Source of the DNA: an uncultured bacterium
Lineage (GTDB): Bacteria; Chloroflexota; Dehalococcoidia; UBA2979
Direction: 5' to 3'
DNA: 50,435 nucleotides
NCBI GenBank assembly: GCA_964011795.1
Contig: CAXGQC010000002.1
Location: forward strand, 1-50,435
Below, in pieces: positions 9,658-18,104 of this stretch. The position numbers were made by a program, and so were the translations under genes. The notes beneath the pieces were generated by a model. The model searched no databases. It was not told the origin of the DNA and was given only the letters and a program-made list of their open reading frames with translations. How positions within the stretch are numbered: the stretch's first letter is position 1; each line of letters begins with the position of its first letter.

Positions 9658-10503
9658 ATGACCGAGTGGGAGACACTTGAAGTAGAACAGCACGGGCGAG
9701 TCAAACTGATTCGCTTCAATAGGCCAAATTCCCTTAACGCGTTCAATGGGACCATGTATTCTGAATTTCGCCGCGCCATTGAGGACGCAAATGCCGACCC
9801 GTCGGTTGGTGCTATTGTCAGCACGGGTAACGGGCGCGCATACAGCGCTGGAGCTGATATAGGTGGATTCAATGCTACTTTTGAGAATGGTGGTAGTGCT
9901 GGCTCTGCTCGTGAAGAACGGGACGATGGAACTCCGTTTGACCCAGTATTCATCATGGAGTCTAAACCGATTATTGGAGCAATAAACGGAGTATCCGTTG
10001 GGATCGGTTTAACGGGTCCACTTTTGTATGACATGTTACTTGCCTCGACGGAGGCGAGATTTTCTATGCGTTTTGCGGCAATTGGTCTGACTCCTGAAGT
10101 AGGGAGTAGCTGGACGCTTCCCCATATTATTGGTTTACACAAAGCGCGCGAAATGATGCTTACTGGAAAAATTTACAATGCGCAGGAAGCACTCGAGCTT
10201 GGACTTGTTCGAAAACTTTATGAGCCCGAGGAATTAGTGCCAGCGGCTCTAGAGCTTGGCGCTCAAATCGCTGCCAACCCTATTTCCACCCTGTCAACAA
10301 TTAAGAGAATGATTTGGGATGATCTGGCAGCCACTGATGTCTCTTCGGTGTGGAGGAGATCCAGCGATCATTTTGCTAATGCTCGTAAGACGACGCAGCA
10401 TCGGGAGGCGCTGCTGGCGATGGGAGAAAAACGAGATTCACGCTTCCATGATGTCGAATATATGAGTGAGCTTGCAAAGAAAGTTTCTGAGGGAACGAGC
10501 TAA
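9658..10503 (+). CDS. enoyl-CoA hydratase/isomerase (crotonase) family protein
   Basis: IRFNRPNSLNAF, GRAYSAGADIGGF and GINGVSVGIG are crotonase-fold motifs. ATG 9658 is preceded by GAGGGG, and the TTG at 9643 is unlikely. Confidence 0.85.
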   Translation: MTEWETLEVEQHGRVKLIRFNRPNSLNAFNGTMYSEFRRAIEDANADPSVGAIVSTGNGRAYSAGADIGGFNATFENGGSAGSAREERDDGTPFDPVFIMESKPIIGAINGVSVGIGLTGPLLYDMLLASTEARFSMRFAAIGLTPEVGSSWTLPHIIGLHKAREMMLTGKIYNAQEALELGLVRKLYEPEELVPAALELGAQIAANPISTLSTIKRMIWDDLAATDVSSVWRRSSDHFANARKTTQHREALLAMGEKRDSRFHDVEYMSELAKKVSEGTS

Positions 10504-10551
10504 ATTCGACTCTTACTGACCATCATTTTTTTGCGTAGGTGAGCCTAATTC

Positions 10552-11826
10552 ATGCTGGAAAAATTCCCTGCTTTACTTCACTCTGACTTCAGGAAACTTT
10601 TCTATAACTATGTTCTAACATCGGCTGCTGGTTGGGCTTCTTTGCTCGGCCGCGGGTGGCTCATATTTGAGTTGACAGGATCTTCGAGCAATGTGGGCTG
10701 GGTAACCTTTGGAGGGATGGCACCAATGTTGTTCCTCGGTCCAGTAGCGGGGACTCTCGCGGATCGCCTCGATCGGCGTTATATGGCCATGGCCTCAGCG
10801 TTGTTCGGTGCACTTGTCTCATTTGTTCTTGCGGTGCTGACACTATCAGGTGCAGTAACGATGTGGCACATAGTGGTATTGGCGGTTTTGCAGGGAGTGG
10901 CAATGTCAGCAGTGACTCCGGCCTCAGAGGCGATTATCCCTAGCCTTGTACCCAAGGAACATCTGCTTTCGGCTGTGTCATTCCGAGGTATAGCTAGACA
11001 CGGGTCTAAGGTGATTGGTCCGTTTTTAGGAGGCGTCATGATGGCTATCCTTGACGATGGTACCGGCTGGGTCTTTATGCTCACATCAGTGTTCTTTCTT
11101 CTAGCTGGATACCAACTGTTTAGAATCCAGTGGCGTCCAAGTGTGCGAGCACTACCGATAGACGGCAAAGTGTTTGATATCGTGAGCCCGATGGTCGACG
11201 CTGCCAAATATATAGCGTCAGATTTCAGACTGGTGCTGGTCCTTTCCCTCATTGGGGTCCATTGCGGATTCACTATGGCTTTTGATTCTCTTTTGCCAGG
11301 ACTTTCTGATGAAATCGGATCTGGTAGTTCAACATTTGCTGCGATTTCAGTAGGTGTTGGCGTCGGTGCACTCGTGGCTACTCTGGCCGTCTCGACCATT
11401 ACCGACGGGAAAACCCGCGGGAGAGCCCTGTTGGTATCCGGCTTAGGCAGTGGTATCGCACTACTGATTATTGGGACAGCACAGAACACGGCAGTTGCGG
11501 TGTTTGGAGGCTTCTTATCGGGTGCGACGCAAGCACCGTACATGGCACTCTCTGCCACACTCATTCAGCAGGTGGTTAAAGATGAGTATCGTGGACGTTT
11601 GATGGCTTTTTATATCATGCTGGCAGCGGGTTTTATGGCCTTTATGAATCTTGGTTTCGGGATCGTGGCGGATACCACGGGCGAACGGATATTATTCGTT
11701 GGGCCTAGTGCTCTTTGGATCGTGATATTCCTGATATATGCCATCCTCAGCCCGGCCTTACAATTTCTTCTACGGACAGGCGAATTTCCTGATCAAGCTG
11801 TAGTCAACCAAAAGGTGAATGGGTAG
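10552..11826 (+). CDS. MFS transporter (EntS/MFS_3-like)
   Basis: 424-aa polytopic ORF with the GTLADRLDRR loop motif. AGGTGA lies 9 nt upstream of the ATG. Confidence 0.8.
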   Translation: MLEKFPALLHSDFRKLFYNYVLTSAAGWASLLGRGWLIFELTGSSSNVGWVTFGGMAPMLFLGPVAGTLADRLDRRYMAMASALFGALVSFVLAVLTLSGAVTMWHIVVLAVLQGVAMSAVTPASEAIIPSLVPKEHLLSAVSFRGIARHGSKVIGPFLGGVMMAILDDGTGWVFMLTSVFFLLAGYQLFRIQWRPSVRALPIDGKVFDIVSPMVDAAKYIASDFRLVLVLSLIGVHCGFTMAFDSLLPGLSDEIGSGSSTFAAISVGVGVGALVATLAVSTITDGKTRGRALLVSGLGSGIALLIIGTAQNTAVAVFGGFLSGATQAPYMALSATLIQQVVKDEYRGRLMAFYIMLAAGFMAFMNLGFGIVADTTGERILFVGPSALWIVIFLIYAILSPALQFLLRTGEFPDQAVVNQKVNG

Positions 11827-11834
11827 GAATTGGT

Positions 11835-13247
11835 ATGGACCTTTGTTTCCAGCCCGTAAAAGAATTGTCGCGGCTCATTACCACAAAGGAAGTGAGTGCC
11901 AGTGAAGTCGTTGAAGCTCACCTCAAGCAAATTGAACGAGTAAATCCTGTAGTCAACGCCGTTGTGACATTGACAGCTGAGACTGCACTTGAAGAGGCTA
12001 AAGCGGCCGATGGACTTGTTGCACGGGGAGGCGTTGTACCCCCGTTACATGGAATTCCCGTGATCCATAAAGATCTATTTGATACTAAAGATGTTCGGAC
12101 TACCTATGGTTCTCCAATTTATGCCGATCATATTCCTGATCGAAATGCATTGATCGTTGACCGGCTAAAGAAGGCAGGAGCAATCTCGTTAGGTAAATCC
12201 AATACCCCGGAATTCGGGGCGGGCTCACAGACTTTTAATCAGGTATTTGGGCGAACACTTAATCCATATGATCTTTCTCGAACATGTGGCGGAAGCAGTG
12301 GAGGCGCAGCAGTATCGCTGGCAGCAGGGATGACAGCACTTGCTGACGGGAGCGATATGGGTGGCTCACTTCGTAATCCCGCTAATTTTTGTAACGTGGT
12401 CGGTCTGCGGACAGCAGCAGGGCGAGTTCCGACTCGAGGAGGTTCGCGACAGAATTTAAGTGTTCAGGGCCCGATGGGACGAACTGTTGAAGACGTAGCA
12501 CTGATGCTCAGTGTCATAGCAGGACCTGACCCAAGCTCGCCAATTGCACTTGAAACTTCGGGTGAGATATTCGATCAACCTCTAGACCGAAACTTTACAG
12601 GCACAAAAATTGCTTGGTCCGATGACCTGGGAGGACTTCCAATTGATGCAGAAATAAAACAAATGGTTAGAAACGGGCTGTCCATTTTTGAAGATCTTGG
12701 CTGTGAATTAACTGAGACCTCACCGGATTTTACCGGAGCTGACGAAGCATTTAAGGCGTTTCGTGCTTGGTCATTTGGTCATAGGGCTGATCAATTGGAA
12801 CAGCATCGTGACCAGATGAAAGATACAGTTATCTGGAACATAGAGCAGGGAATTAATCAGTCGGGGCAAGATCTTGCCAGAGCTGATGTCCTGAGAAGCG
12901 AACTCTATAACCGAGTGTCATCCTTCTTTGGAGAATACGAATATCTCATCTGTCCAGTGAGTCAGGTGCCGCCGTTTTCGATTGATATAGAGTGGATAAC
13001 CGAAATCGAAGGTCAAGCAATGGAGACCTACATCGATTGGATGAAATCATGCTATTTCATTTCTATTACTGGTTTGCCCGCGATATCGGTTCCTGGAGGT
13101 TTTACTGAAAACGGCCTACCTATGGGTCTACAAATCGTGGGAAGACCGAGAAGTGAATTCAGTCTCCTGCAGATGGCTTTTGCTTTTGAGGCACTGACTG
13201 GATTCCATAAAATCCGACCTGAGGTTGTAGGTAATTCAGCCGACTAA
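11835..13247 (+). CDS. amidase (amidase-signature family)
   Basis: GGSSGGAAVSLAAG and GSDMGGSLRNPA signature motifs. The gene is 470 aa and lies 8 nt after the preceding MFS gene. Confidence 0.9.
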   Translation: MDLCFQPVKELSRLITTKEVSASEVVEAHLKQIERVNPVVNAVVTLTAETALEEAKAADGLVARGGVVPPLHGIPVIHKDLFDTKDVRTTYGSPIYADHIPDRNALIVDRLKKAGAISLGKSNTPEFGAGSQTFNQVFGRTLNPYDLSRTCGGSSGGAAVSLAAGMTALADGSDMGGSLRNPANFCNVVGLRTAAGRVPTRGGSRQNLSVQGPMGRTVEDVALMLSVIAGPDPSSPIALETSGEIFDQPLDRNFTGTKIAWSDDLGGLPIDAEIKQMVRNGLSIFEDLGCELTETSPDFTGADEAFKAFRAWSFGHRADQLEQHRDQMKDTVIWNIEQGINQSGQDLARADVLRSELYNRVSSFFGEYEYLICPVSQVPPFSIDIEWITEIEGQAMETYIDWMKSCYFISITGLPAISVPGGFTENGLPMGLQIVGRPRSEFSLLQMAFAFEALTGFHKIRPEVVGNSAD

Positions 13248-14357
13248 TTGGTCTATTTTGTGAAAATTTATCCAGTCCTCATCCAATTCCATTCCGAGAC
13301 CCGGTTTTTGTGGGATATTCAGTTTGCCGTTCCCGTTAATATAAATGTCCTCCTGAACACCCCACTGATGAATACGTTCTGGTCTCCAGTACTCATAAAA
13401 CGTATTGTTGCGCACAGAAGCTATGACGTGCAGATTCGCGGCGTTCATCAAGGAATTTCCGGCTAACCCGATTTCGCAATTTATGCCGAATGCGTCCGCC
13501 ATTGAGCATTGTTTGATCAATCCTGTAATCCCAAGTTTTCTTGTTGTTCCTCTAATCATCCCTACGAGATTTTCGGATAAAAAATGAGCCGCTTGATTTA
13601 TTAAGAAACCAGGCGAGTCGCTCATATTCAGGGGTGTGGCAATCGATTCAGTGAGTGTTTTTATTGAGTCTATATCTGACGCTGGCACGGGATCTTCGTA
13701 CCAATAGAAACTATTCGAGTCGAGTGCTTTGCCGACTTCTAATGCTTCTTCGAGGGAATACCCGTGATTTCGATCCAGCATAAGAGTCATTTCGTTTCCG
13801 ACTATTTTTCTTATCCCCTCAATTGCACGGACTGTTTTTTTTGCGCTTAGTGAGCCTGGATGAATTTTGTATGCCGAATATCCTTCGGCTAAGAGTTCTT
13901 CAGCTTCCTGAATAAACCCCTCAGGCTCGCTGTGCCGCGGAGGATATGTCGCATAAAGGGGTACTTCTAAATTTGTTCCACCCAGCAGCTTATATATAGG
14001 TTGCCCTAATATTTTCCCAGCTAAATCCCATAACGCGACATCAACAGCAGCCCATGAAGAATGAAAGGGTAGTCCGTTTATGCTGTGATTCTGAATTTGG
14101 GACCAGAGCCATTCTCTGTTGTCATAAGACATCCCGGATATCTGCGGGGCGATCGTATCAATAATTATTTTGATTCTTTCGGACGACTCAGCTGCTTGAT
14201 CACCTATAAACGAATTCCCCTCGTGACCGTCTTCTGTTCTTATTCTGAGCACTCCTTGTGTGGTTTTACCCCCGATGTCTGATCGCTCATCTCGAACCTC
14301 TAGGGAGCCGGTATCTCTTTCGATAACGTCGATGCTTACGCTGGAAATGTTAGTCAT
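13236..14357 (-). CDS. enolase-superfamily enzyme (mandelate racemase/muconate lactonizing family)
   Basis: YKIHPG, MLDRNHGY and YWYEDP (metal-ligand regions) sit in the expected order. GAGGA lies 9 nt before the ATG. The 3' end overlaps the convergent amidase by 12 nt. Confidence 0.85.
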   Translation of the reverse strand: MTNISSVSIDVIERDTGSLEVRDERSDIGGKTTQGVLRIRTEDGHEGNSFIGDQAAESSERIKIIIDTIAPQISGMSYDNREWLWSQIQNHSINGLPFHSSWAAVDVALWDLAGKILGQPIYKLLGGTNLEVPLYATYPPRHSEPEGFIQEAEELLAEGYSAYKIHPGSLSAKKTVRAIEGIRKIVGNEMTLMLDRNHGYSLEEALEVGKALDSNSFYWYEDPVPASDIDSIKTLTESIATPLNMSDSPGFLINQAAHFLSENLVGMIRGTTRKLGITGLIKQCSMADAFGINCEIGLAGNSLMNAANLHVIASVRNNTFYEYWRPERIHQWGVQEDIYINGNGKLNIPQKPGLGMELDEDWINFHKIDQLVG

Positions 14358-14548
14358 CAGAGGTGATCCTCACTTGCCAGACCAGTAAATCGGATTAGGA
14401 ATATATTTGGCCATGATCATCCTCCATAGTTGTCCCTCGACGATGGTAAGCGATCACGGACTCGACTATCCGAAAGCTCCAGTGCGCATACAGATTAGTC
14501 TTATTCCCCAAAAGTGGAGTGATGTTTACTGTCACCCCACCTCGCTAA

Positions 14549-14577
14549 TTGGGAATGAGAATCATTCTCAATATCAT
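14549..14577 (+). promoter_or_regulatory. putative sigma70-type promoter (TTGGGA-17 nt-TATCAT)
   Basis: The -35-like TTGGGA (14549-14554) is followed by an exact 17-nt spacer and the -10-like TATCAT (14572-14577), about 38 nt upstream of ATG 14615. This is a hand match only. Confidence 0.4.
14556..14570. promoter_or_regulatory. Fur-family-type 7-1-7 palindromic operator TGAGAATcATTCTCA
   Basis: Perfect 15-bp palindrome. It differs from the Fur 7-1-7 consensus TGATAATnATTATCA only at one symmetric position. The 19-mer 14551-14569 matches GATAATGATAATCATTATC at 15/19 by hand count. It lies entirely within the promoter spacer. Confidence 0.5.
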
Positions 14578-14614
14578 GCTACCATTGAACCCTAATCGAC
14601 CATTAGGGGGATAT

Positions 14615-15745
14615 ATGAAAAATTATGACGTTGTGGTTGTGGGTGCCGGGGCGGCGGGCGTCGGTATAGCTGCTATGCTCACGGATTTCGGCGTAGAAAA
14701 CATGGTGGTTCTCGAAAGGGATAGGGTTGGGTCCTCTTTCGATCGATGGCCGAAGGAGATGCGATTCATCACCCCTTCGTTCACAACTAACTATTGGGGT
14801 CATCTTGATCTCAATTCAGTTGCGACTGGGACTTCCCCAGCATTTACTCTTGATACGGAGCATCCTACCGGGCACGAGTACGCTGAGTATCTCAGGCTGA
14901 TCTCGGAATATTTTGAGCTGCCTGTGAAGGAATATACGAGCGTTGAGCAAATAACCTATTCCGAGGATCGTTTTACTATTCGTGTTGACGGGGCCGATGG
15001 AAGCGAGGTCATCGAATCACGCTTTTTGATTTGGGCCGCAGGCGAATTTCAATACCCAAGCACTGAGTTGTTTTCAGGTTCTGAACTCTGTTTGCATAAC
15101 AGCCACATAGAAAGTTGGAAGCAAGTTCAAGGCGATGATGTCTACGTCATTGGTGGGAATGAGAGTGGCATTGATGCCGCAATTCACTTAAGCCGGCTGG
15201 GCAAGAAAGTATCCGTATTAGCGGAGAATGCAGATTGGGATGCGAGAACAACTGATCCAAGCGAGAATTTATCTCCATACACAGTAGACAGATTAAGGGA
15301 AGAGATGCTTGGTGAAAGTATCAGTCTCGTTGGTAAATCCAAGGTTAAAGATGTGAAGCTAGAGGATGACCAGTATTTTATTTACGTGAAGGGTAAGAAG
15401 TCATCTCCGTATCAGACTCAGACACCACCTATCTTGGCAACGGGATTCGACAGTAGTTTGATTATGGTCAAAGACTTGTTTGATTGGGACGAGAGTGACT
15501 CGTATGTCCTGTTGAATGAGGATGATGAATCAAGGAAAACTCCAGGATTATTTCTCGTCGGACCGCAAGTACGTCATGAAGATTTGATATTCTGCTTCAT
15601 CTACAAATATAGGCAGAGGTTTGGTGTCGTTGCCAATGCGATTGGTGATAAATTAGGCATGGACACATCATTTCTTGAACAATATCGGGACCAAGGTCTC
15701 TATCTAGATGATTTAGGCGCCTGCGGCGAAGAGTGTCCGTGCTAG
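14615..15745 (+). CDS. NAD(P)/FAD-dependent oxidoreductase (two-dinucleotide-binding-domain flavoprotein)
   Basis: YDVVVVGAGAAGVG (GxGxxG) at the N-terminus and a second VYVIGGNESGIDAA Rossmann motif. ATG 14615 is preceded by AGGGGG. The protein ends in the Cys-rich tail LGACGEECPC. Confidence 0.8.
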   Translation: MKNYDVVVVGAGAAGVGIAAMLTDFGVENMVVLERDRVGSSFDRWPKEMRFITPSFTTNYWGHLDLNSVATGTSPAFTLDTEHPTGHEYAEYLRLISEYFELPVKEYTSVEQITYSEDRFTIRVDGADGSEVIESRFLIWAAGEFQYPSTELFSGSELCLHNSHIESWKQVQGDDVYVIGGNESGIDAAIHLSRLGKKVSVLAENADWDARTTDPSENLSPYTVDRLREEMLGESISLVGKSKVKDVKLEDDQYFIYVKGKKSSPYQTQTPPILATGFDSSLIMVKDLFDWDESDSYVLLNEDDESRKTPGLFLVGPQVRHEDLIFCFIYKYRQRFGVVANAIGDKLGMDTSFLEQYRDQGLYLDDLGACGEECPC

Positions 15746-15927
15746 TTCGAAATATCAAAGTACTTAAATCCAATTCGAGTGTGACTGGGTTATTTCAACT
15801 AATTGCGAGTTCAGCTTGGATGGCCTCAGTTTTCGTTTATGGATCATTTACTTCAGGTGATTACTTGCAACTGTTAGCGGCATCTTCATGGACGATTTCA
15901 AATATTATTAGTCTCTTTAAAAACTAG
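15733..15927 (+). CDS. hypothetical small membrane protein (64 aa)
   Basis: GTG start overlaps the flavoprotein stop by 13 nt. Two hydrophobic helices are present (VTGLFQLIASSAWMASVFVYG, YLQLLAASSWTISNIISLF). I recognise no family. Confidence 0.3.
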   Translation: MSVLVRNIKVLKSNSSVTGLFQLIASSAWMASVFVYGSFTSGDYLQLLAASSWTISNIISLFKN

Positions 15928-16045
15928 TTAGATGTCTCCGCAACTGTCCTGAAACGTTAGAAAATTATTGACTGAATTAGTCGACAAAACATGCGGCGCG
16001 CGTTAGCCTGAGCCAAAAGTAGTAAGAAATGGTTAGGGAGTACGT

Positions 16046-16663
16046 ATGCCAAGAGCAAATATTGTCGCGAGATCAACTGTAAAACCTGGGCGTATGGCCG
16101 AGGCTGTAGAACTAGGATCCAGAGTCGCTGATCTATTAGTTGAATCTGGCGCGCAGAGTTCGAGATTCTGGGTGCCAGTATTTAATCAGGACATAAATCA
16201 AGTATCGATAAGTTCAGTGTGTGATTCAATTGCCTCGCTGGATGAGGTTATAGCGAAATTCGCCACGTACGAAGAGGCAGCCCCGAAAGAAGAATGGCCG
16301 GTGGTTCTGAATACCAGAATACTCATGCGGGAATTCCATGCAGCTGAAGATTCCGTGCCAGGGCAGCTACGTTCCACCATCATTGTTGCCCCTGAGCCAG
16401 GCCTCGTATCACGACAGGCGGTATCTGATTGGGTGGATATGAATAAGGCGAGTGGTGCAAATGGTTCGATAGCATGGGTATCCTATTCGGGTACACTTGG
16501 TCAGCGGGTTGCGATCCAGACTTTTTATGATGACTGGGCTCAAATGGAAGAAACGAGAGATAACCTGCAAGCTAACAGGGAAATGAGTGCTATTTTCACC
16601 AGTGGCCTAGTTCCACCTGTTCAATCAGCAATCCATCGAATGGCACATGAAGTGATCCGGTAG
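16046..16663 (+). CDS. hypothetical protein, possibly two tandem ferredoxin-like (ABM/Dabb-type) domains
   Basis: 205-aa ORF with GGGAG 6 nt before the ATG. The two ~100-aa halves have a similar beta-alpha-beta pattern. No catalytic motif was recognised. Confidence 0.5.
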   Translation: MPRANIVARSTVKPGRMAEAVELGSRVADLLVESGAQSSRFWVPVFNQDINQVSISSVCDSIASLDEVIAKFATYEEAAPKEEWPVVLNTRILMREFHAAEDSVPGQLRSTIIVAPEPGLVSRQAVSDWVDMNKASGANGSIAWVSYSGTLGQRVAIQTFYDDWAQMEETRDNLQANREMSAIFTSGLVPPVQSAIHRMAHEVIR

Positions 16664-16725
16664 GACGAGTCACGATACTATCGCGGCCGTTAACCATAGA
16701 AAAGACAAATGAAGAGGTGATTTGT

Positions 16726-17019
16726 ATGCTATTTCAGGTGGACTACAAGGTTTTTCAAGCAAATAGAGCTGATGCGCTGAGAGCGTTCGGTAGCTTTACA
16801 CAGGAGCAGTTGGAAGGCTTAACAAGTGAACATGGAATCGGGCTCATCGGACGTTGGCACTCCATTGCAGATGGCACTGGGACGATGATTCTGGAGACAG
16901 ACGATTTTAAGAATTGCGCGCAGTTCCAGCTTGCGTGGGCGGACGTCTGTGATATGAACGTGAAACCGGTTACAACCGATGTCGAAACACGCGAAGCGAT
17001 ACAGAAGTACTACATGTAG
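16726..17019 (+). CDS. DUF3303-family protein
   Basis: MLFQVDYKV...GRWHSIADGTGTMILETDD...W...VKPVTTD matches my recollection of the DUF3303 pattern. ATG 16726 lies 8 nt after GAAGAGG. Confidence 0.5.
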   Translation: MLFQVDYKVFQANRADALRAFGSFTQEQLEGLTSEHGIGLIGRWHSIADGTGTMILETDDFKNCAQFQLAWADVCDMNVKPVTTDVETREAIQKYYM

Positions 17020-17110
17020 ATCTCGGTTTCGCTCGGCCACTGAATAAGTATTCGATACTTGGTTGTGTAAGTTGCGACATATTCCGGTGGGGTATCCCAC
17101 TGAAGCTGAA

Positions 17111-17143
17111 GAAAATACCATCTCAACGATGGTATTTTCTTTC
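17111..17143 (+). terminator. perfect 12-bp-stem hairpin plus U-rich tail (intrinsic terminator or operator)
   Basis: GAAAATACCATC-tcaac-GATGGTATTTTC followed by TTTC. It lies between the DUF3303 stop (17019) and the LLM start (17161). The stem is AT-rich, so termination efficiency is uncertain. Confidence 0.45.
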
Positions 17144-17160
17144 AACGCGGAGGGCTAAGT

Positions 17161-18084
17161 ATGAGCGAGAGTATTGGTATAGGGACACCACGTTTTCCTT
17201 TTGAGACCGCTGGTGAATTCTTTGAATGGGTGGAATTGTGTGAAGACGGGGACGTAGACTCGATCTGGACGAGCGACCGCCTGATTTCCGAGAGCACAAG
17301 CCTAGAACCGTTGGCACTTATGGGGATATTGGCTGGGGCGACTGAGCGACTACAGTTTGGTATGAACGTAGTGGTGCTTCCTTTTCGAGACCCTCTTATT
17401 CTTGCGAAACAGTGTGCAACTATTGACTACCTCTCGAACGGGCGACTCCTACCTGCCTTTGGTGTGGGTTCCGTGGCAATACCTGAATGGAGTGCGACAG
17501 GGCGAAGCCCTAAGGGCAGAGGGAAGCGCGTCGACGAAATGTTAGAGATCATGACCCTGCTTTGGCAGGGAGATTCCGTGAACTTTGATGGAGAATATTT
17601 TCAATACAAAAGAGCTCAGATATCTCCCATCCCGATGAGGCAGCCTCTCCCTTTATGGATAGGCGGTTCATCCAAAGCAGCGATACGGCGAACGGCAACG
17701 CTTGGCACTGGATGGCTTGCTGGGATCCAAACACCCGACCGTATTAAACCAGTCGTTGATCTCATTAAGGCCGAAAGTCAGGCAACTGGAAGACCGATTG
17801 ATGAGGATCATTATGGAGCAGGGTTTGGTTTTAGATTTGGGAGTTGGGATGAACCAGTTGTGCAGGAGCAGGCCCAGCGATTAGCTCGTTTTCCTGAGAT
17901 GGATTCAGTCGAATCCTACTATGGTATCGGTGATGCAAACGACATACTCAAAACAATAGAATCCTATAGGGAAGCCGGTATTTCTAAGTTTGTTTTGACA
18001 CCAATTGGAACTGATGGACCCGACATAATGCATCAAACCAGAAGACTGATAGACGAGGTTATTCCCGTTATACATGGCAAATAG
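17161..18084 (+). CDS. LLM-class (luciferase-like) flavin/F420-dependent oxidoreductase
   Basis: SIWTSDRL, FGMNVVVLPFRDPLILAKQCATIDYLSNGRL, GVG and LWIGGSS are typical LLM TIM-barrel motifs. GGAGGG lies upstream of the ATG. Confidence 0.85.
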   Translation: MSESIGIGTPRFPFETAGEFFEWVELCEDGDVDSIWTSDRLISESTSLEPLALMGILAGATERLQFGMNVVVLPFRDPLILAKQCATIDYLSNGRLLPAFGVGSVAIPEWSATGRSPKGRGKRVDEMLEIMTLLWQGDSVNFDGEYFQYKRAQISPIPMRQPLPLWIGGSSKAAIRRTATLGTGWLAGIQTPDRIKPVVDLIKAESQATGRPIDEDHYGAGFGFRFGSWDEPVVQEQAQRLARFPEMDSVESYYGIGDANDILKTIESYREAGISKFVLTPIGTDGPDIMHQTRRLIDEVIPVIHGK

Positions 18085-18104
18085 AGCAGAAAGCGAGTGA
18101 TCCA

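Noticed and set aside
10779-11564. Long antisense or alternative-frame ORFs (for example 10779..11564-, 29154..29840-, 9609..10142-, 18225..18734-, 2237..2878+, 31006..31497+)
   Set aside because: They lie wholly inside motif-supported genes on the other strand or frame. They have low-complexity Ser/Pro/Arg/Thr-rich translations and no SD, so they are shadow ORFs.
15928-16045. TTGACT hexamer as a promoter for 16046..16663
   Set aside because: There is no acceptable -10 element at 16-18 nt spacing, so I could not support a call by eye.
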